Positions 26,824 to 36,046 of a stretch of DNA of 37,085 bases are shown one piece after another. The notes under the pieces were generated by a model. That model had not been told where the DNA came from. It saw only the letters and a program-made list of their open reading frames with translations, and searched no databases. This stretch comes from Chromatiales bacterium. GTDB taxonomy: Bacteria; Pseudomonadota; Gammaproteobacteria; SZUA-152. The position numbers and the translations under genes are program-made. Positions within the stretch are counted from its first letter, which is position 1, and the number at the start of each line of letters is the position of its first letter. The stretch lies in NCBI GenBank assembly GCA_026999335.1, contig JALTPW010000085.1, positions 1 to 37,085 of the forward strand, in the 5' to 3' direction.

Positions 26824-26890
26824 TAAAAGTTTAAAGGTTTATTTTAACGCCGTCGATGTTTAAAATATAGAACAAAAAAATGGAGACGGT
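26824..26890. promoter_or_regulatory. Divergent immunity/early promoter-operator region
   Basis: 67-bp AT-rich gap between the repressor (-) and the Cro/Ner-like gene (+). It contains a TTGACA overlapping the repressor start, a TAAAAT at 26861..26866, two gtttaaa repeats 29 bp apart, and a GGAG RBS before ATG 26891. Promoter assignment is tentative because the host sigma specificity is unknown. Confidence 0.4.
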
Positions 26891-27118
26891 ATGTGCAAAA
26901 TTAAACCTGTAATTCGCGTCAGTAAGCCTGAATATAGAACAATTATCAGGAGGCGCATGGGTTTAACGCAATCAGATTTAGCGGCTATTTTAGGCTTTAG
27001 TCATCGCTATGTGACGTACCTTGAACGTGGTACAAGAAACAGCAAAAACTACGATCGCAAGCTCGAAAAGCTTTACGAACAGTACCGCAAACAATCCGCG
27101 CAGCGCAGGGCTGCATAA
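26891..27118 (+). CDS. Cro/Ner-like XRE-family HTH regulator
   Basis: 75 aa. RRRMGLTQSDLAAILGFSHRYVTYLERG is a canonical XRE HTH. It is the first gene of the early operon, divergent from the repressor. Confidence 0.75.
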   Translation: MCKIKPVIRVSKPEYRTIIRRRMGLTQSDLAAILGFSHRYVTYLERGTRNSKNYDRKLEKLYEQYRKQSAQRRAA

Positions 27119-27230
27119 CAATCTAACCCACCAACAAACGCAGGGCAAGGAAGAAATGACCGTTAAAATCATTTTAACAGCTTTGATCTGCAGCGTCTTC
27201 TGCGTGCATATCCCCAGGAAAGGAGATATC

Positions 27231-27689
27231 ATGCTGAACCTGACCGAGGCCATCGCAGGCACCGTCCGCCAATCCGGTTTCAACATCAAACAACTCGCCG
27301 ACAAAACCGGGTTCTCGGAAAACTATCTCTACCGCATTTCTACTCCCGGGGCTTCCGGCTGCGACCTGACTATTCCGCGCGCCGGCAAGCTTATGCAGAT
27401 CACCCGCAACTACAGCATTCTCGATGTGCAGAACCGGCAACACGGCTTTTTGCGTGTGCGCCCGCCGCGCAGCCGTGTTAACCATCTCGGCCAGGGCGAA
27501 ATTCTCGATCGCCTGCACATTCTGCATCTCGAACTGGTGCACAACCTGCGCCTGTTTTTTCCCAAACCAACAGAAAAAAACCGCGATGCCGCAACGCAAT
27601 CTCTCTACGAACTCGCATGTTTCGTCGAGGGCTTGCGCAAGCGCGTCAACTCGGACTGGCGTCAGCTCGAACTCGATCTCGGCGCCTGA
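27231..27689 (+). CDS. HTH DNA-binding protein (CII-like early regulator candidate)
   Basis: ORF 27021..27689 trimmed to ATG 27231 (AAGGAG 5 nt upstream); ATG 27156 is the alternative. FNIKQLADKTGFSENYLYRIS is HTH-like. Confidence 0.55.
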   Translation: MLNLTEAIAGTVRQSGFNIKQLADKTGFSENYLYRISTPGASGCDLTIPRAGKLMQITRNYSILDVQNRQHGFLRVRPPRSRVNHLGQGEILDRLHILHLELVHNLRLFFPKPTEKNRDAATQSLYELACFVEGLRKRVNSDWRQLELDLGA

Positions 27690-27711
27690 ACCAAAAAACG
27701 GGAGACGACCC

Positions 27712-28152
27712 ATGCAAAACACGATGCAAACCCTGTACACGTACCTGCCCAAGCCCGGCGACGGTATCGATGATCTCATGCTTATTCTTATCATCACGCT
27801 GTCCGTTCTCGGGCTGGCCGTCTGGGCCGCGGGGCGGCTGAGTGCTTATCTCTTCGACCGCCAAATCGGTATCATCATCGGCCCGGATGACCCGGAGAAG
27901 AAACGCGCCTTTGTGCGCCGCACCGGGCGCGACCTGAACAAACAAATGCGCTGGGTACGTCGCCGCGTCGGGCGCACGCACAGTTTTACTTTTGCCGGCA
28001 AAAGGTGGCACCTGCCACGCCTGCAACCCTTTATGGGGCTCGCACACAAAGACATCTCCGTCCGTGCCGTGCCTGGACGAAATGACATCGTGCACATCCT
28101 CGTCAACGATATGATCTTCGAGATCACTCAGCGCGGTGAGCTGCGCAGTTAA
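27712..28152 (+). CDS. Single-pass membrane protein, unknown function
   Basis: ORF 27424..28152 trimmed to ATG 27712 (GGAGA upstream). It has a TM segment LMLILIITLSVLGLAVWAAG followed by a basic region. Confidence 0.5.
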   Translation: MQNTMQTLYTYLPKPGDGIDDLMLILIITLSVLGLAVWAAGRLSAYLFDRQIGIIIGPDDPEKKRAFVRRTGRDLNKQMRWVRRRVGRTHSFTFAGKRWHLPRLQPFMGLAHKDISVRAVPGRNDIVHILVNDMIFEITQRGELRS

Positions 28153-28162
28153 GGGGGAGGAT

Positions 28163-28606
28163 ATGATCGCTGAACAAATCAGGAAAATTGTTGCCGCCCG
28201 GGCCGGCCTGCGGGAAAGTGACAGGCGCGTTGAGACTTTCATGAATCTGCTTGCTGACCTCGTCGAGGCCGGCACCAGGGCAGATCAGCGTACCGCCTTC
28301 GACGCCATCCTGCGCTACGGCCGGCTTTACGGTTTCTGCACAACTCAGGAAGAAGTCTTCAGCTTGTTCGAAGACCCGCACAGCACAACACAGGAGAAAG
28401 CCATGACACCGACCAACGCAGAACGCGAACTCAAAAATATGCGCAAAAGCTTGTGTACGCATATCGTCATTCTGAACAACTTTTCCCTCGTTTCCCATCG
28501 CGGCTGGCGCATTACCAAGGACGGCCGCATGACTCCCAGGGAAATTTCAGATGCGTTGTTTGAGCTGGAAGAAATCGCAACCAGAAACGGCGGGAGGGCG
28601 AATTGA
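28163..28606 (+). CDS. Hypothetical early protein
   Basis: ORF 28136..28606 trimmed to ATG 28163 (GGGGGAGG RBS). No motif recognised. Confidence 0.5.
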   Translation: MIAEQIRKIVAARAGLRESDRRVETFMNLLADLVEAGTRADQRTAFDAILRYGRLYGFCTTQEEVFSLFEDPHSTTQEKAMTPTNAERELKNMRKSLCTHIVILNNFSLVSHRGWRITKDGRMTPREISDALFELEEIATRNGGRAN

Positions 28607-28938
28607 CGGCAGCAGACGACAAATATATCATCCGCGCCCTGGCCGATGGGCTTGAATGCATTAACTCCATCATCGCCCACACCACCCCGCTGCAGATGTA
28701 TAGCATCGCCGAGCTGGCGGATATTTGCAACCTCGATTACAACAAAACATTTCGCGTTTGCAAAACCATCGCCGCCAGCGGCTGGATGGAGATCAGCGCC
28801 GACGGCAAAAAATTCGCGCTCAGCAGGAAGTTTTTTGCCCTGCCAGGGCGCTATCTCAACAAACTGAAAAAACTGCACTATGACCTCGCTGCCGAGGTCT
28901 CAGCATTCAACGATGAGGTGTTCGATGTCCAAAAATAA
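28603..28938 (+). CDS. Winged-helix DNA-binding protein (putative)
   Basis: 111 aa with a TTG start in a TTGA overlap and a GGGAGGG RBS. MYSIAELADICNLDYNKTFRVCKTIAASGWMEISADGKKFAL resembles an IclR/MarR-type wHTH. Confidence 0.5.
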   Translation: MTAADDKYIIRALADGLECINSIIAHTTPLQMYSIAELADICNLDYNKTFRVCKTIAASGWMEISADGKKFALSRKFFALPGRYLNKLKKLHYDLAAEVSAFNDEVFDVQK

Positions 28939-29866
28939 CGACAAAACAAGACCAAATCCAGATGCACAGAAAAAAGCGAAAGACGCTATTCAACTCTATG
29001 ACAAAGCCAAAGCGTTGCAGCAGAAGCGGTATCAGGAAGTCGCGGTTTTTGCCGACGGGCAGGACTATAACAGAGACCGCTATATCCGTCGTCTGCGCAA
29101 AGCCGCGCAGACCGCCGTGTTCGCCAACCTGGAAGTCGGCCGTTGTCTCATCGTTCTCAAACAAATGGAAGGACACGGCGATTTCCTCGCCGCTCTGGAA
29201 CAGGTTGGCATCACTGAAAGAACAGCGCGACGATACATCGCCGTCACCAAGCAGTTTTATGGGTTTGACGATGACTTTGTCCGCGAAATGGGCACGACAA
29301 AGCTCTATACCCTGCTAGCGGCCCCGCAAGCTGAGGTGGAGAATTTAAAACAAGATGGCGAGTTCATGGGCAAAGATAAAGAGGAACTCGTCGCCATGAG
29401 CAAGCGCGATCTCGAGGAATACATCAAGCGCGAGAAGGAAAAGCTCAAGTTTAAGTTGCAGCAGGAAAAGGATGCCAAGGAGAAACTGCTGGATGAACGC
29501 ACTGCCCTGAAAAAGGAACGCGATGACCTGCAAAAACGCGTTCGCCAGTTGGCGACAGGCGAAAAGCCGGCGGACCCGCTGCCGAGCTGGTGGGGCGAAT
29601 ATAACAACTTCATCGGCGCGACAGAGGCTTTTGCGCACAAGCTGGCAAAAGACCCGCCGAACCTGGATGACGAACTGATGCTGGCAAGATGCCAGTTCCT
29701 GCAGCAACGCATCGAACGCGAGCTTGCGTTCGTCTGGCGCTGGCTGAGGAAAAATGTCGTTGACCCGGTAGAATTCAAAGACCGGACGCGTGAAAAACTC
29801 GCTGAAATCGAAAACTCCGGGAAGTTCGACTTCTCCGCTTTTGACCAGGATTTTGACGAAGACTGA
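28925..29866 (+). CDS. DUF3102-like protein with long coiled coil
   Basis: ORF 28880..29866 trimmed to ATG 28925 (MSKNNDK...). VGRCLIVLKQMEGHGDFLAALEQVGITERTARRYIAVTKQF resembles the DUF3102 core (iG..L...K....HG.w..wl...g.s.rtA.r.m). Confidence 0.55.
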   Translation: MSKNNDKTRPNPDAQKKAKDAIQLYDKAKALQQKRYQEVAVFADGQDYNRDRYIRRLRKAAQTAVFANLEVGRCLIVLKQMEGHGDFLAALEQVGITERTARRYIAVTKQFYGFDDDFVREMGTTKLYTLLAAPQAEVENLKQDGEFMGKDKEELVAMSKRDLEEYIKREKEKLKFKLQQEKDAKEKLLDERTALKKERDDLQKRVRQLATGEKPADPLPSWWGEYNNFIGATEAFAHKLAKDPPNLDDELMLARCQFLQQRIERELAFVWRWLRKNVVDPVEFKDRTREKLAEIENSGKFDFSAFDQDFDED

Positions 29867-29889
29867 CACATCTCACCCCCCGATAAGGT

Positions 29890-31503
29890 ATGAAATTGGA
29901 CAAAGAACACATCGACATCATCAGGGAAGAGATGGCGGGTTTGACAGGGAAATACGCAAGGAGAAAAGCACGGATGCTGGCGGAACAGTTCGGTTGTGAT
30001 GTTACGCGTGTGTACCACCATAGCCGGGACGTGCGCCCACGGCGCAGTCGCCGCGCGGACAAAGGCGCCATGAAAGCGATAGAGGAAGATGCATTCACCT
30101 CGCTTTCGTGGTACACCGTGCGCGGAGATTTCAGCGCACCAACGATTTGCGAGGTAGCACGGGCGAACAATCTCGGTTCCGTTAACCCGGCGACATACAA
30201 CAGGCATCTGCGGCAAAAAGGAATCAGCCGAAGCAGAAATAAAAAAGACCTGCGACCATACGTGAGTTTTGAAGCGAAATACCCGAACCAGCTTCATCAA
30301 ATCGATTCCACCGTAGCACAACAGTTCTACCTGGATGATGACGGGACTATCGGATATGAAGGGCCGCATCAACGCTATAAAAACAAACCCGGTAACAAAA
30401 AACCGCGCATCACACTGTTGGCCCTGCGGGATGATTATAGTCGCGCGCTCTATGCACGCTTTTATCTCGGCAACCATACCTACGCGTGGATGGATTTTCT
30501 TTATCACGCCTGGCGCGCGAAGGATGATATCCCCGGGTTCCCATTTCGCGGTATGCCACACTTCATTTACACAGATAACGACTCCGTTGTAAAGTCAAAA
30601 AAGTTCACCAACGCGATGCGGATTCTGGATGTAAAAATCATCAAGCACGAAGTCGGCAATTCGCGCGCAAAAGGGAAAGTCGAAAACTCCTTCAAATTTC
30701 TGCAGGAATTCGAGAAGAATACCAAATTCGGCAAGTGGAAATCGCTGGAGCAGGCGAACGCTGACCTCGCTGATTATCTCTACTACGTCAACAATCGCCC
30801 GCACAGCACGACCGGGGTGGCGCCTTTCGAGCGCTGGGTCAGTATCCCTGCAAAACGCTTAATCGATGTGCCGGACGAAGACATTATGCGCCTGTTGCAT
30901 ATGGATACCATCCGGCGCAAGATCAACCGCGACATGTGCGTTAAGATCGATGGCAGAGCGTGGCAACTCCCCTTCCGTGAGCCCTTTCTGAAATTCATCG
31001 ACGAGATGGTGGAAATCTACCGCATGCCGGGTGAGCGGGAAAAAATATGGGTTGTACTCAACGACAAAGAGTACGAAGTCCAATACACCGAAAAAGGATT
31101 GCGCGGGCTCGGCCGGCACGAGGCCCCGCCGGAGCCGGAATTTGTCAAACACAAACGGGAAATCGAAGCACAGGAAAACCCCGGTTTGCGCATCCGGGGA
31201 ATTTACAAAGAAGCGTGGCGGCGCCCCTATATCTCGCAACAGGGGCAGCCCTTCGACGAGAGTCGCGTCCCCGGGGATGGTGTGAAAATCGACCAGGTTA
31301 TGCGTAGCAGAACGTGGTTCGTCCTGGAGCTGCAGGCAGAGGGTTGGTGCAGTGCACCGCCGACAGCAGAAGAAACAGCCTGGATCGAAACGATCATGGC
31401 TGGAAAAACAGAGCATCCGGAAAGTTATTTCCGCGATGTGTTGCAGCAGCTCAAAAACGGCGACATGGCGATAAACCAACGTCGTGTCGCCGGGCAGGCA
31501 TAA
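29890..31503 (+). CDS. DDE transposase, Mu A-type (rve integrase core)
   Basis: The catalytic triad context is HQIDST (D), IYTDNDS (D) and AKGKVENSF (E), with retroviral-integrase-like spacing. It has an N-terminal HTH-like region, is 537 aa, and is followed by an AAA+ partner gene. Confidence 0.85.
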   Translation: MKLDKEHIDIIREEMAGLTGKYARRKARMLAEQFGCDVTRVYHHSRDVRPRRSRRADKGAMKAIEEDAFTSLSWYTVRGDFSAPTICEVARANNLGSVNPATYNRHLRQKGISRSRNKKDLRPYVSFEAKYPNQLHQIDSTVAQQFYLDDDGTIGYEGPHQRYKNKPGNKKPRITLLALRDDYSRALYARFYLGNHTYAWMDFLYHAWRAKDDIPGFPFRGMPHFIYTDNDSVVKSKKFTNAMRILDVKIIKHEVGNSRAKGKVENSFKFLQEFEKNTKFGKWKSLEQANADLADYLYYVNNRPHSTTGVAPFERWVSIPAKRLIDVPDEDIMRLLHMDTIRRKINRDMCVKIDGRAWQLPFREPFLKFIDEMVEIYRMPGEREKIWVVLNDKEYEVQYTEKGLRGLGRHEAPPEPEFVKHKREIEAQENPGLRIRGIYKEAWRRPYISQQGQPFDESRVPGDGVKIDQVMRSRTWFVLELQAEGWCSAPPTAEETAWIETIMAGKTEHPESYFRDVLQQLKNGDMAINQRRVAGQA

Positions 31504-31521
31504 TACGAAGGAAACGGGAAG

Positions 31522-32679
31522 ATGAAAGGAGAAAACAAAAGATACCGGCTGCACGAGATACTCGTAACCTGTGGGGTGTCGTATCGACTTCTCGCACAGG
31601 AAGCGGGGATCGCGCGCACGGTACTGTACGAAATCGTCCGCTGGCAGCGGTTCCCAAAACGGCAGAATCGCGCAACAGTCATTGCGAACATAGAAAACGC
31701 ATTACGCCGGCAGGGCATCGCCGCGGAAACAATTCAGACGTGCTGGGAACTTGTCCCGGTCACGACCACCAGCCCGCTGAAAAAAACCGGGCTTGCACAC
31801 GTACTCAAAGGAGGCGCACAAGTGATACCTCAGGAGATTTTGCGCGAGTTGGGTCTGAACAAAGACCCTTTTACAAACGAGCTGGAAAGCATCGCAGACG
31901 TATTTGCGACGCCGCAACACAACCATGCCCTCAGCAAGATGCTTGATGCGGCAAAGAACTGCAAATTCATCGGGCTTTGGGGCAAGGTAGGCAGTGGTAA
32001 GACAGTGCTAAAAACTCTCTTCGAAGAGCGGCTCGGAATGGAGAAAAACTACCTCATCTCCGAACCATTTATCAACCAGAAAAACCGGCTGAAACCCAGC
32101 TCTCTGGCGGACGCCATGATCCAGGACTTCCTCTTTCTGCGCGGCGGTACCGGGACGAACGGCCAGCTTACAGCCCCACAGAATCTTGAAGCGAAAAACC
32201 GCTGGCTCAAGCGCATTATGCGTGAAAAAAGCCGGGATGGGAAAAAGCTGATCCTGATGATCGACGAAGCTCACGATCTGACTCTCGATACTTTGAAAGC
32301 GCTGAAACGCTTTCACGAGCTGCAGGACGGTTTCCGCAAACAGCTCGCGATTATCCTGCTTGGGCAGGAAGAACTCTATCATAAGATGGGTGACCCGCGC
32401 ATTCGCGAAGTCGCCGCGCGGATAGACCTGGTACAGTTGCAACCGATCCCCAGACAGACACAGAAATACCTCGAATATAAAATTACCAGGGCGGGAGGCG
32501 AGCTGGAACGTGTGTTGACCTCAGACGCTATCAAAACTATCACTCGGCTGCTGCCGCAGGCAAACCCGCTTGAGATCAACGTCCTCGCCAGTTCTGCCAT
32601 TATCACCGCCTGGCGATCCGGCAGTATGCCGGCAACCGGCGAAGCGGTCGAGCTGGCTTATAAGGAGATCGGCACATGA
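31522..32679 (+). CDS. MuB-like AAA+ transposition ATPase (target DNA activator)
   Basis: Walker A is GLWGKVGSGKT and Walker B is LILMIDEAHDL. It has an N-terminal HTH (LLAQEAGIARTVLYEIV) and lies immediately downstream of the transposase. Confidence 0.8.
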   Translation: MKGENKRYRLHEILVTCGVSYRLLAQEAGIARTVLYEIVRWQRFPKRQNRATVIANIENALRRQGIAAETIQTCWELVPVTTTSPLKKTGLAHVLKGGAQVIPQEILRELGLNKDPFTNELESIADVFATPQHNHALSKMLDAAKNCKFIGLWGKVGSGKTVLKTLFEERLGMEKNYLISEPFINQKNRLKPSSLADAMIQDFLFLRGGTGTNGQLTAPQNLEAKNRWLKRIMREKSRDGKKLILMIDEAHDLTLDTLKALKRFHELQDGFRKQLAIILLGQEELYHKMGDPRIREVAARIDLVQLQPIPRQTQKYLEYKITRAGGELERVLTSDAIKTITRLLPQANPLEINVLASSAIITAWRSGSMPATGEAVELAYKEIGT

Positions 32680-32894
32680 ACTATTTATGCCTGACCCTCA
32701 GAAGTGGTGAGAAAGTCATCTTCGAAGGGCTCGACATTGAAATCGAGTTTGTCCCTGAAAAAAACCGGTTGCGGATTAGCGTCCCGCCGGAAATCTTTGT
32801 ATATCGCGATAGTTTGAATGAAAAAGACATCGCACGGATGCGCAAGATACACCGGGAGCGCGAGTGTATGCGCGGTAAGGATGCCGCCAAATAA
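32676..32894 (+). CDS. CsrA-like small RNA-binding regulator (candidate)
   Basis: LCLTLRSGEKVIFEGLDIEIEFVPEKNRLRISVPPEIFVYRD aligns by eye with E. coli CsrA [44 protein letters not shown], at roughly 30 percent identity with one short gap. An ATGA overlap links it to the MuB-like stop. Confidence 0.5.
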   Translation: MNYLCLTLRSGEKVIFEGLDIEIEFVPEKNRLRISVPPEIFVYRDSLNEKDIARMRKIHRERECMRGKDAAK

Positions 32895-32957
32895 AGGAAG
32901 ACACGCCAGGGACGGCGTCTCTTCCTTATTGTATATAGTAGCCTTGAAAGGAACAAC

Positions 32958-33425
32958 ATGGTACGCAGCAATTATGATCGCAAACAACTGCATCCGTCTG
33001 AAAAAGACGAGATAGTCAGGATGGCGCAGGATGGCGCGTCCGCGCAGGAAATAGCATGCGCGCTGTCACGACCGGAAAGCACAATAAGAACCTACCTCAG
33101 CAGGAACGGCATTAAGGTACATAGAAACAACAAAATATACACCGAACGCATGATGCAACAGGTGCATCAAATTCTCGAATCCGGCGCGACAATGCGCATT
33201 GCTGCGGAGGCAATCGGTGTCAATCTGAATTATCTACGACAAGCCTACAACGCCTATCACATAGGCTTGCTTCAGAAAAAATCTCTGATCCATTTCGACA
33301 AAACAGACCCACGCTCTGCCGTATGTCAGACGATAGAATATTGTTCACACAAAACCTGCCACATGCATGAAAAGTGCCCATCATACCTTGCATACCAGGA
33401 GAAAAATAATGCAAACACAAAATGA
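32958..33425 (+). CDS. DNA-binding protein with two HTH-like segments
   Basis: DEIVRMAQDGASAQEIACALSRPESTIRTYLSRNG and ILESGATMRIAAEAIGVNLNYLRQAY resemble sigma-70 region 4 or resolvase-type HTHs. Confidence 0.5.
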   Translation: MVRSNYDRKQLHPSEKDEIVRMAQDGASAQEIACALSRPESTIRTYLSRNGIKVHRNNKIYTERMMQQVHQILESGATMRIAAEAIGVNLNYLRQAYNAYHIGLLQKKSLIHFDKTDPRSAVCQTIEYCSHKTCHMHEKCPSYLAYQEKNNANTK

Positions 33426-33699
33426 TAATGCTTTAAAAGGTTGGGAGTACAGAGTGGTTGAAGTTGATGATATGTACACAATCTATGAGGTGAAGTTTAA
33501 TACCAAGGGTGAAGTTGTATCCTGGATTGAATACGGTGCAGAACCTATCGGCGACAGCTTGACCGCTCTACGGGAAGACCTCGAAATGATGCTGGCGGCA
33601 ATGGACAAGGGGGTGCTCAGGCTCCAGAGGACGGGGAAACAAGAAATAATGAGCATGCTCGTCGTTCAGGGAAGGGATGGAAATGGGAAAGCTGCCTGA
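33409..33699 (+). CDS. Hypothetical early protein
   Basis: ORF 33367..33699 trimmed to ATG 33409 (AGGAG RBS). Confidence 0.45.
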   Translation: MQTQNDNALKGWEYRVVEVDDMYTIYEVKFNTKGEVVSWIEYGAEPIGDSLTALREDLEMMLAAMDKGVLRLQRTGKQEIMSMLVVQGRDGNGKAA

Positions 33700-34342
33700 G
33701 ATCGTGAAACAGTTATACCACGAAGAACGCTGGCCGGAATTGGTCTGGTACTTCCGCTCCTTATGGGATAAATCGGCGTGGTTGGCTCTGAAGCGCAATA
33801 AAAACGCTGTCGAACGCATTCGGCAGGAATTCACCAGGTTGACCGGCCGGCAGCCTTTCGCGGCAGGAACGGGCGAAAAATACTGGAACGAGCAAATAGC
33901 AAAGTACGTCCAGCGGCTCGGGGTGGCGGCTCTGATTCGCGATTTGCAGGAAGCTGTGCCGAAGTACAAGCCCAAATCGCTTGTGTATTTTTTATCCGGC
34001 AACAATGGGCTCGCCAGCCGCTGGGAGATGTTGCTCATGAAGAAACTCAGCGAAGATATCGTTCAACAAAAACAGCAGGACGATGATGCTTACAAACTGC
34101 TCGGCGAACTGATCAATCTCCCCGTCCTGAAAACCCAGCCGGTCGAGCCGGAATGGGTCGTCGGCGCCAGAAAAAACCTGGCTATTTACAGAAAACAACT
34201 TGAGAATATTACCAGTGGCCCTGATTACATCAGGTTGCATAGGGAAATCAAAAGAATTGTCAGCAATCTAAAAAACAGCGGGTTCCCCGTTGAGAAAGAA
34301 GGAGACAATGGCTCTGAGAAACGCAAAAGGCGAATGGCTTGA
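33677..34342 (+). CDS. Hypothetical early protein
   Basis: 221-aa ORF; ATG 33683 is the alternative start. No motif recognised. Confidence 0.5.
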   Translation: MEMGKLPEIVKQLYHEERWPELVWYFRSLWDKSAWLALKRNKNAVERIRQEFTRLTGRQPFAAGTGEKYWNEQIAKYVQRLGVAALIRDLQEAVPKYKPKSLVYFLSGNNGLASRWEMLLMKKLSEDIVQQKQQDDDAYKLLGELINLPVLKTQPVEPEWVVGARKNLAIYRKQLENITSGPDYIRLHREIKRIVSNLKNSGFPVEKEGDNGSEKRKRRMA

Positions 34343-34919
34343 CCCGCGCGGGAAAGCCTATCCTGCAAGTATGGTTCACCCCCTGGACAAAAACAGGGAT
34401 CAGACGGTAGAAGCGATCGTAAGAAATGCGCTGGCCCTGCAGGAACGTATGAAGAAGGAAAAAGAGCGCTACCATAAAAGAATAGCAAAACACATTGCCT
34501 ATATGGAGAAAAAGCTCCAGGGCGAGCGTACAGGGAAAGGAAACATCAAGCTGACCAACTTCTCCGGGGACAAGCAGGTCGAGATCAAAATCAACGATGT
34601 ACAGGAGTTTGACGAGCGCTTGCAAATCGCCAAGGCAATTATCGACGACTGCTTCAAACGCTGGTCCAAAGGAGCGAATCAAAATCTCATCGTTGCAGTG
34701 AATGAGGCCTTCGATGTTGATCGCTCCGGGAATGTCAACAAGAATCGCATCCTGGGCCTGCGGCGCTGGAAAATAAACGACCCGGAATGGAAGCGCGCAA
34801 TGGATATCATTTCGGACAGCTTGAATACTACCGGGACAAAGCAGTATCTCGCAATTCGCGTCCGGGATGGGGCCGAAGGGGCATGGAAGACGGTTAATTT
34901 GAATTTTTCTACATTGTGA
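34308..34919 (+). CDS. DUF3164-like protein (conserved in Mu/B3/D3112-type early regions)
   Basis: ORF 34290..34919 trimmed to ATG 34308 (AAGGAG RBS). KGNIKLTNFSGDKQVEIKINDVQEFDERLQIAKAIIDDCFKRWSKG...RILGLRRWKINDPEWKRAMDIISDS fits my recollection of the DUF3164 pattern. Confidence 0.6.
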   Translation: MALRNAKGEWLDPRGKAYPASMVHPLDKNRDQTVEAIVRNALALQERMKKEKERYHKRIAKHIAYMEKKLQGERTGKGNIKLTNFSGDKQVEIKINDVQEFDERLQIAKAIIDDCFKRWSKGANQNLIVAVNEAFDVDRSGNVNKNRILGLRRWKINDPEWKRAMDIISDSLNTTGTKQYLAIRVRDGAEGAWKTVNLNFSTL

Positions 34920-34943
34920 AACGCAACTTAGGATAATATCGCG

Positions 34944-35159
34944 ATGAGAACAGAAAAAAATGAGCGGGCAAAATTTGACAAACTTTATATCACAGAAGTG
35001 CTTAACGATCTATACAGGAATGGTTTTGTTCGCGGTGGTAAAGCAGAATCTCTGCTGAGAGATTGGGCTATAGAACTTAGAAAAGAAAGCCGCCCTGTAT
35101 TGCCAGCGAGCCGCCTTAAAAAGGTTTTTGTTAGTACAGTTGGAAGGAATAATTGGTGA
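34944..35159 (+). CDS. Hypothetical small protein
   Basis: 71-aa ORF in the co-oriented early operon. Confidence 0.4.
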   Translation: MRTEKNERAKFDKLYITEVLNDLYRNGFVRGGKAESLLRDWAIELRKESRPVLPASRLKKVFVSTVGRNNW

Positions 35160-35359
35160 TAACCAATACACATAATAACACATGGGGGTTCGTATTATGC
35201 CCCAATGGGTATTTTTTCGTCGAACCTCCTGCGGTTATAAAAGCGGGTGATATGATACTTGACCCGGTCAAGCGCTGTTGGATTATGGTTGATGAAAATT
35301 CGTCTCTTGTTAACGAAGAAATCGTTACAGAAATTGTTGTAAGGAGAGTTGGCCAATGA
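35153..35359 (+). CDS. Hypothetical small protein
   Basis: 68-aa ORF with a TTG (35153) or GTG (35156) start overlapping the upstream stop. Confidence 0.4.
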   Translation: MVITNTHNNTWGFVLCPNGYFFVEPPAVIKAGDMILDPVKRCWIMVDENSSLVNEEIVTEIVVRRVGQ

Positions 35360-35589
35360 CAATAAAAGTAGGTGATTCTGTCGTTATAAAGAAGGAGCAG
35401 CCGCGTTATCTCGGCGGGCCGAAATGCCCGGGAAGGAGTGGGAAAATAATCCGCATTTTGGGTCGCGACCAGAATAATAAGACTGACGGGACGGATGAGG
35501 ATTTATACTACGTAGAGTTAAAACCAACAAAACGTTCACGTCGTAAAACAGAACTGTTTTTCGGCTGGCAGATGACAGTGGACAAATGA
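35356..35589 (+). CDS. Hypothetical small protein (SH3/Tudor-like beta-barrel guess)
   Basis: 77 aa with an ATGA overlap. The MTIKVGDSVVIKK...GKIIRILG pattern is typical of small beta-barrel domains. This is a weak call. Confidence 0.4.
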   Translation: MTIKVGDSVVIKKEQPRYLGGPKCPGRSGKIIRILGRDQNNKTDGTDEDLYYVELKPTKRSRRKTELFFGWQMTVDK

Positions 35590-35653
35590 CACCGCTGGTT
35601 GCGCGAACAGGGTAAAAGAAGAACCATCTTTGTTTTAGCAATGGAGCAATAAA

Positions 35654-36010
35654 ATGCCTAGAAATATGTCATTTAGTATGACTACCAAGCAAATACGCAC
35701 GCACACAAAAACAGTAACACGCCGCCTTGGATGGTGGTTCTTGCGCCCAGGTGTCCGTGTTTGGGCAGTCGAACAGGCAATGGGATTAAAAAAGGGCGAG
35801 CATGTAAGACGGATTTGCCTGCTTGAAATCGTTTCAATATGTGCTATGCCGCTGAACGCCATTACGGCTGATGACTGTGCCAGAGAAGGCTTCCCAAATA
35901 TGTCGCCAGCGGATTTTGTGAGTATGTTTTGCGCTCATCACGATTGCTCCGAAGACGCAATGGTCAATCGCATCGAGTTCCGTTATGTTGACGACTCTGC
36001 AGGTATTTAA
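35654..36010 (+). CDS. ASCH (PUA-like) domain protein
   Basis: MSFSMTTKQIRTHTKTVTRRLGW...PGVRVWAV...LLEIVSICAMPLNAITADDCAREGF...NRIEFRYV matches the ASCH layout (G.KT.T.R ... l.i..v....l..i....A..EG ... F). Confidence 0.6.
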   Translation: MPRNMSFSMTTKQIRTHTKTVTRRLGWWFLRPGVRVWAVEQAMGLKKGEHVRRICLLEIVSICAMPLNAITADDCAREGFPNMSPADFVSMFCAHHDCSEDAMVNRIEFRYVDDSAGI

Positions 36011-36046
36011 TAGAAAACGAAAATAACTGTTTTTTTATTTTAACTT

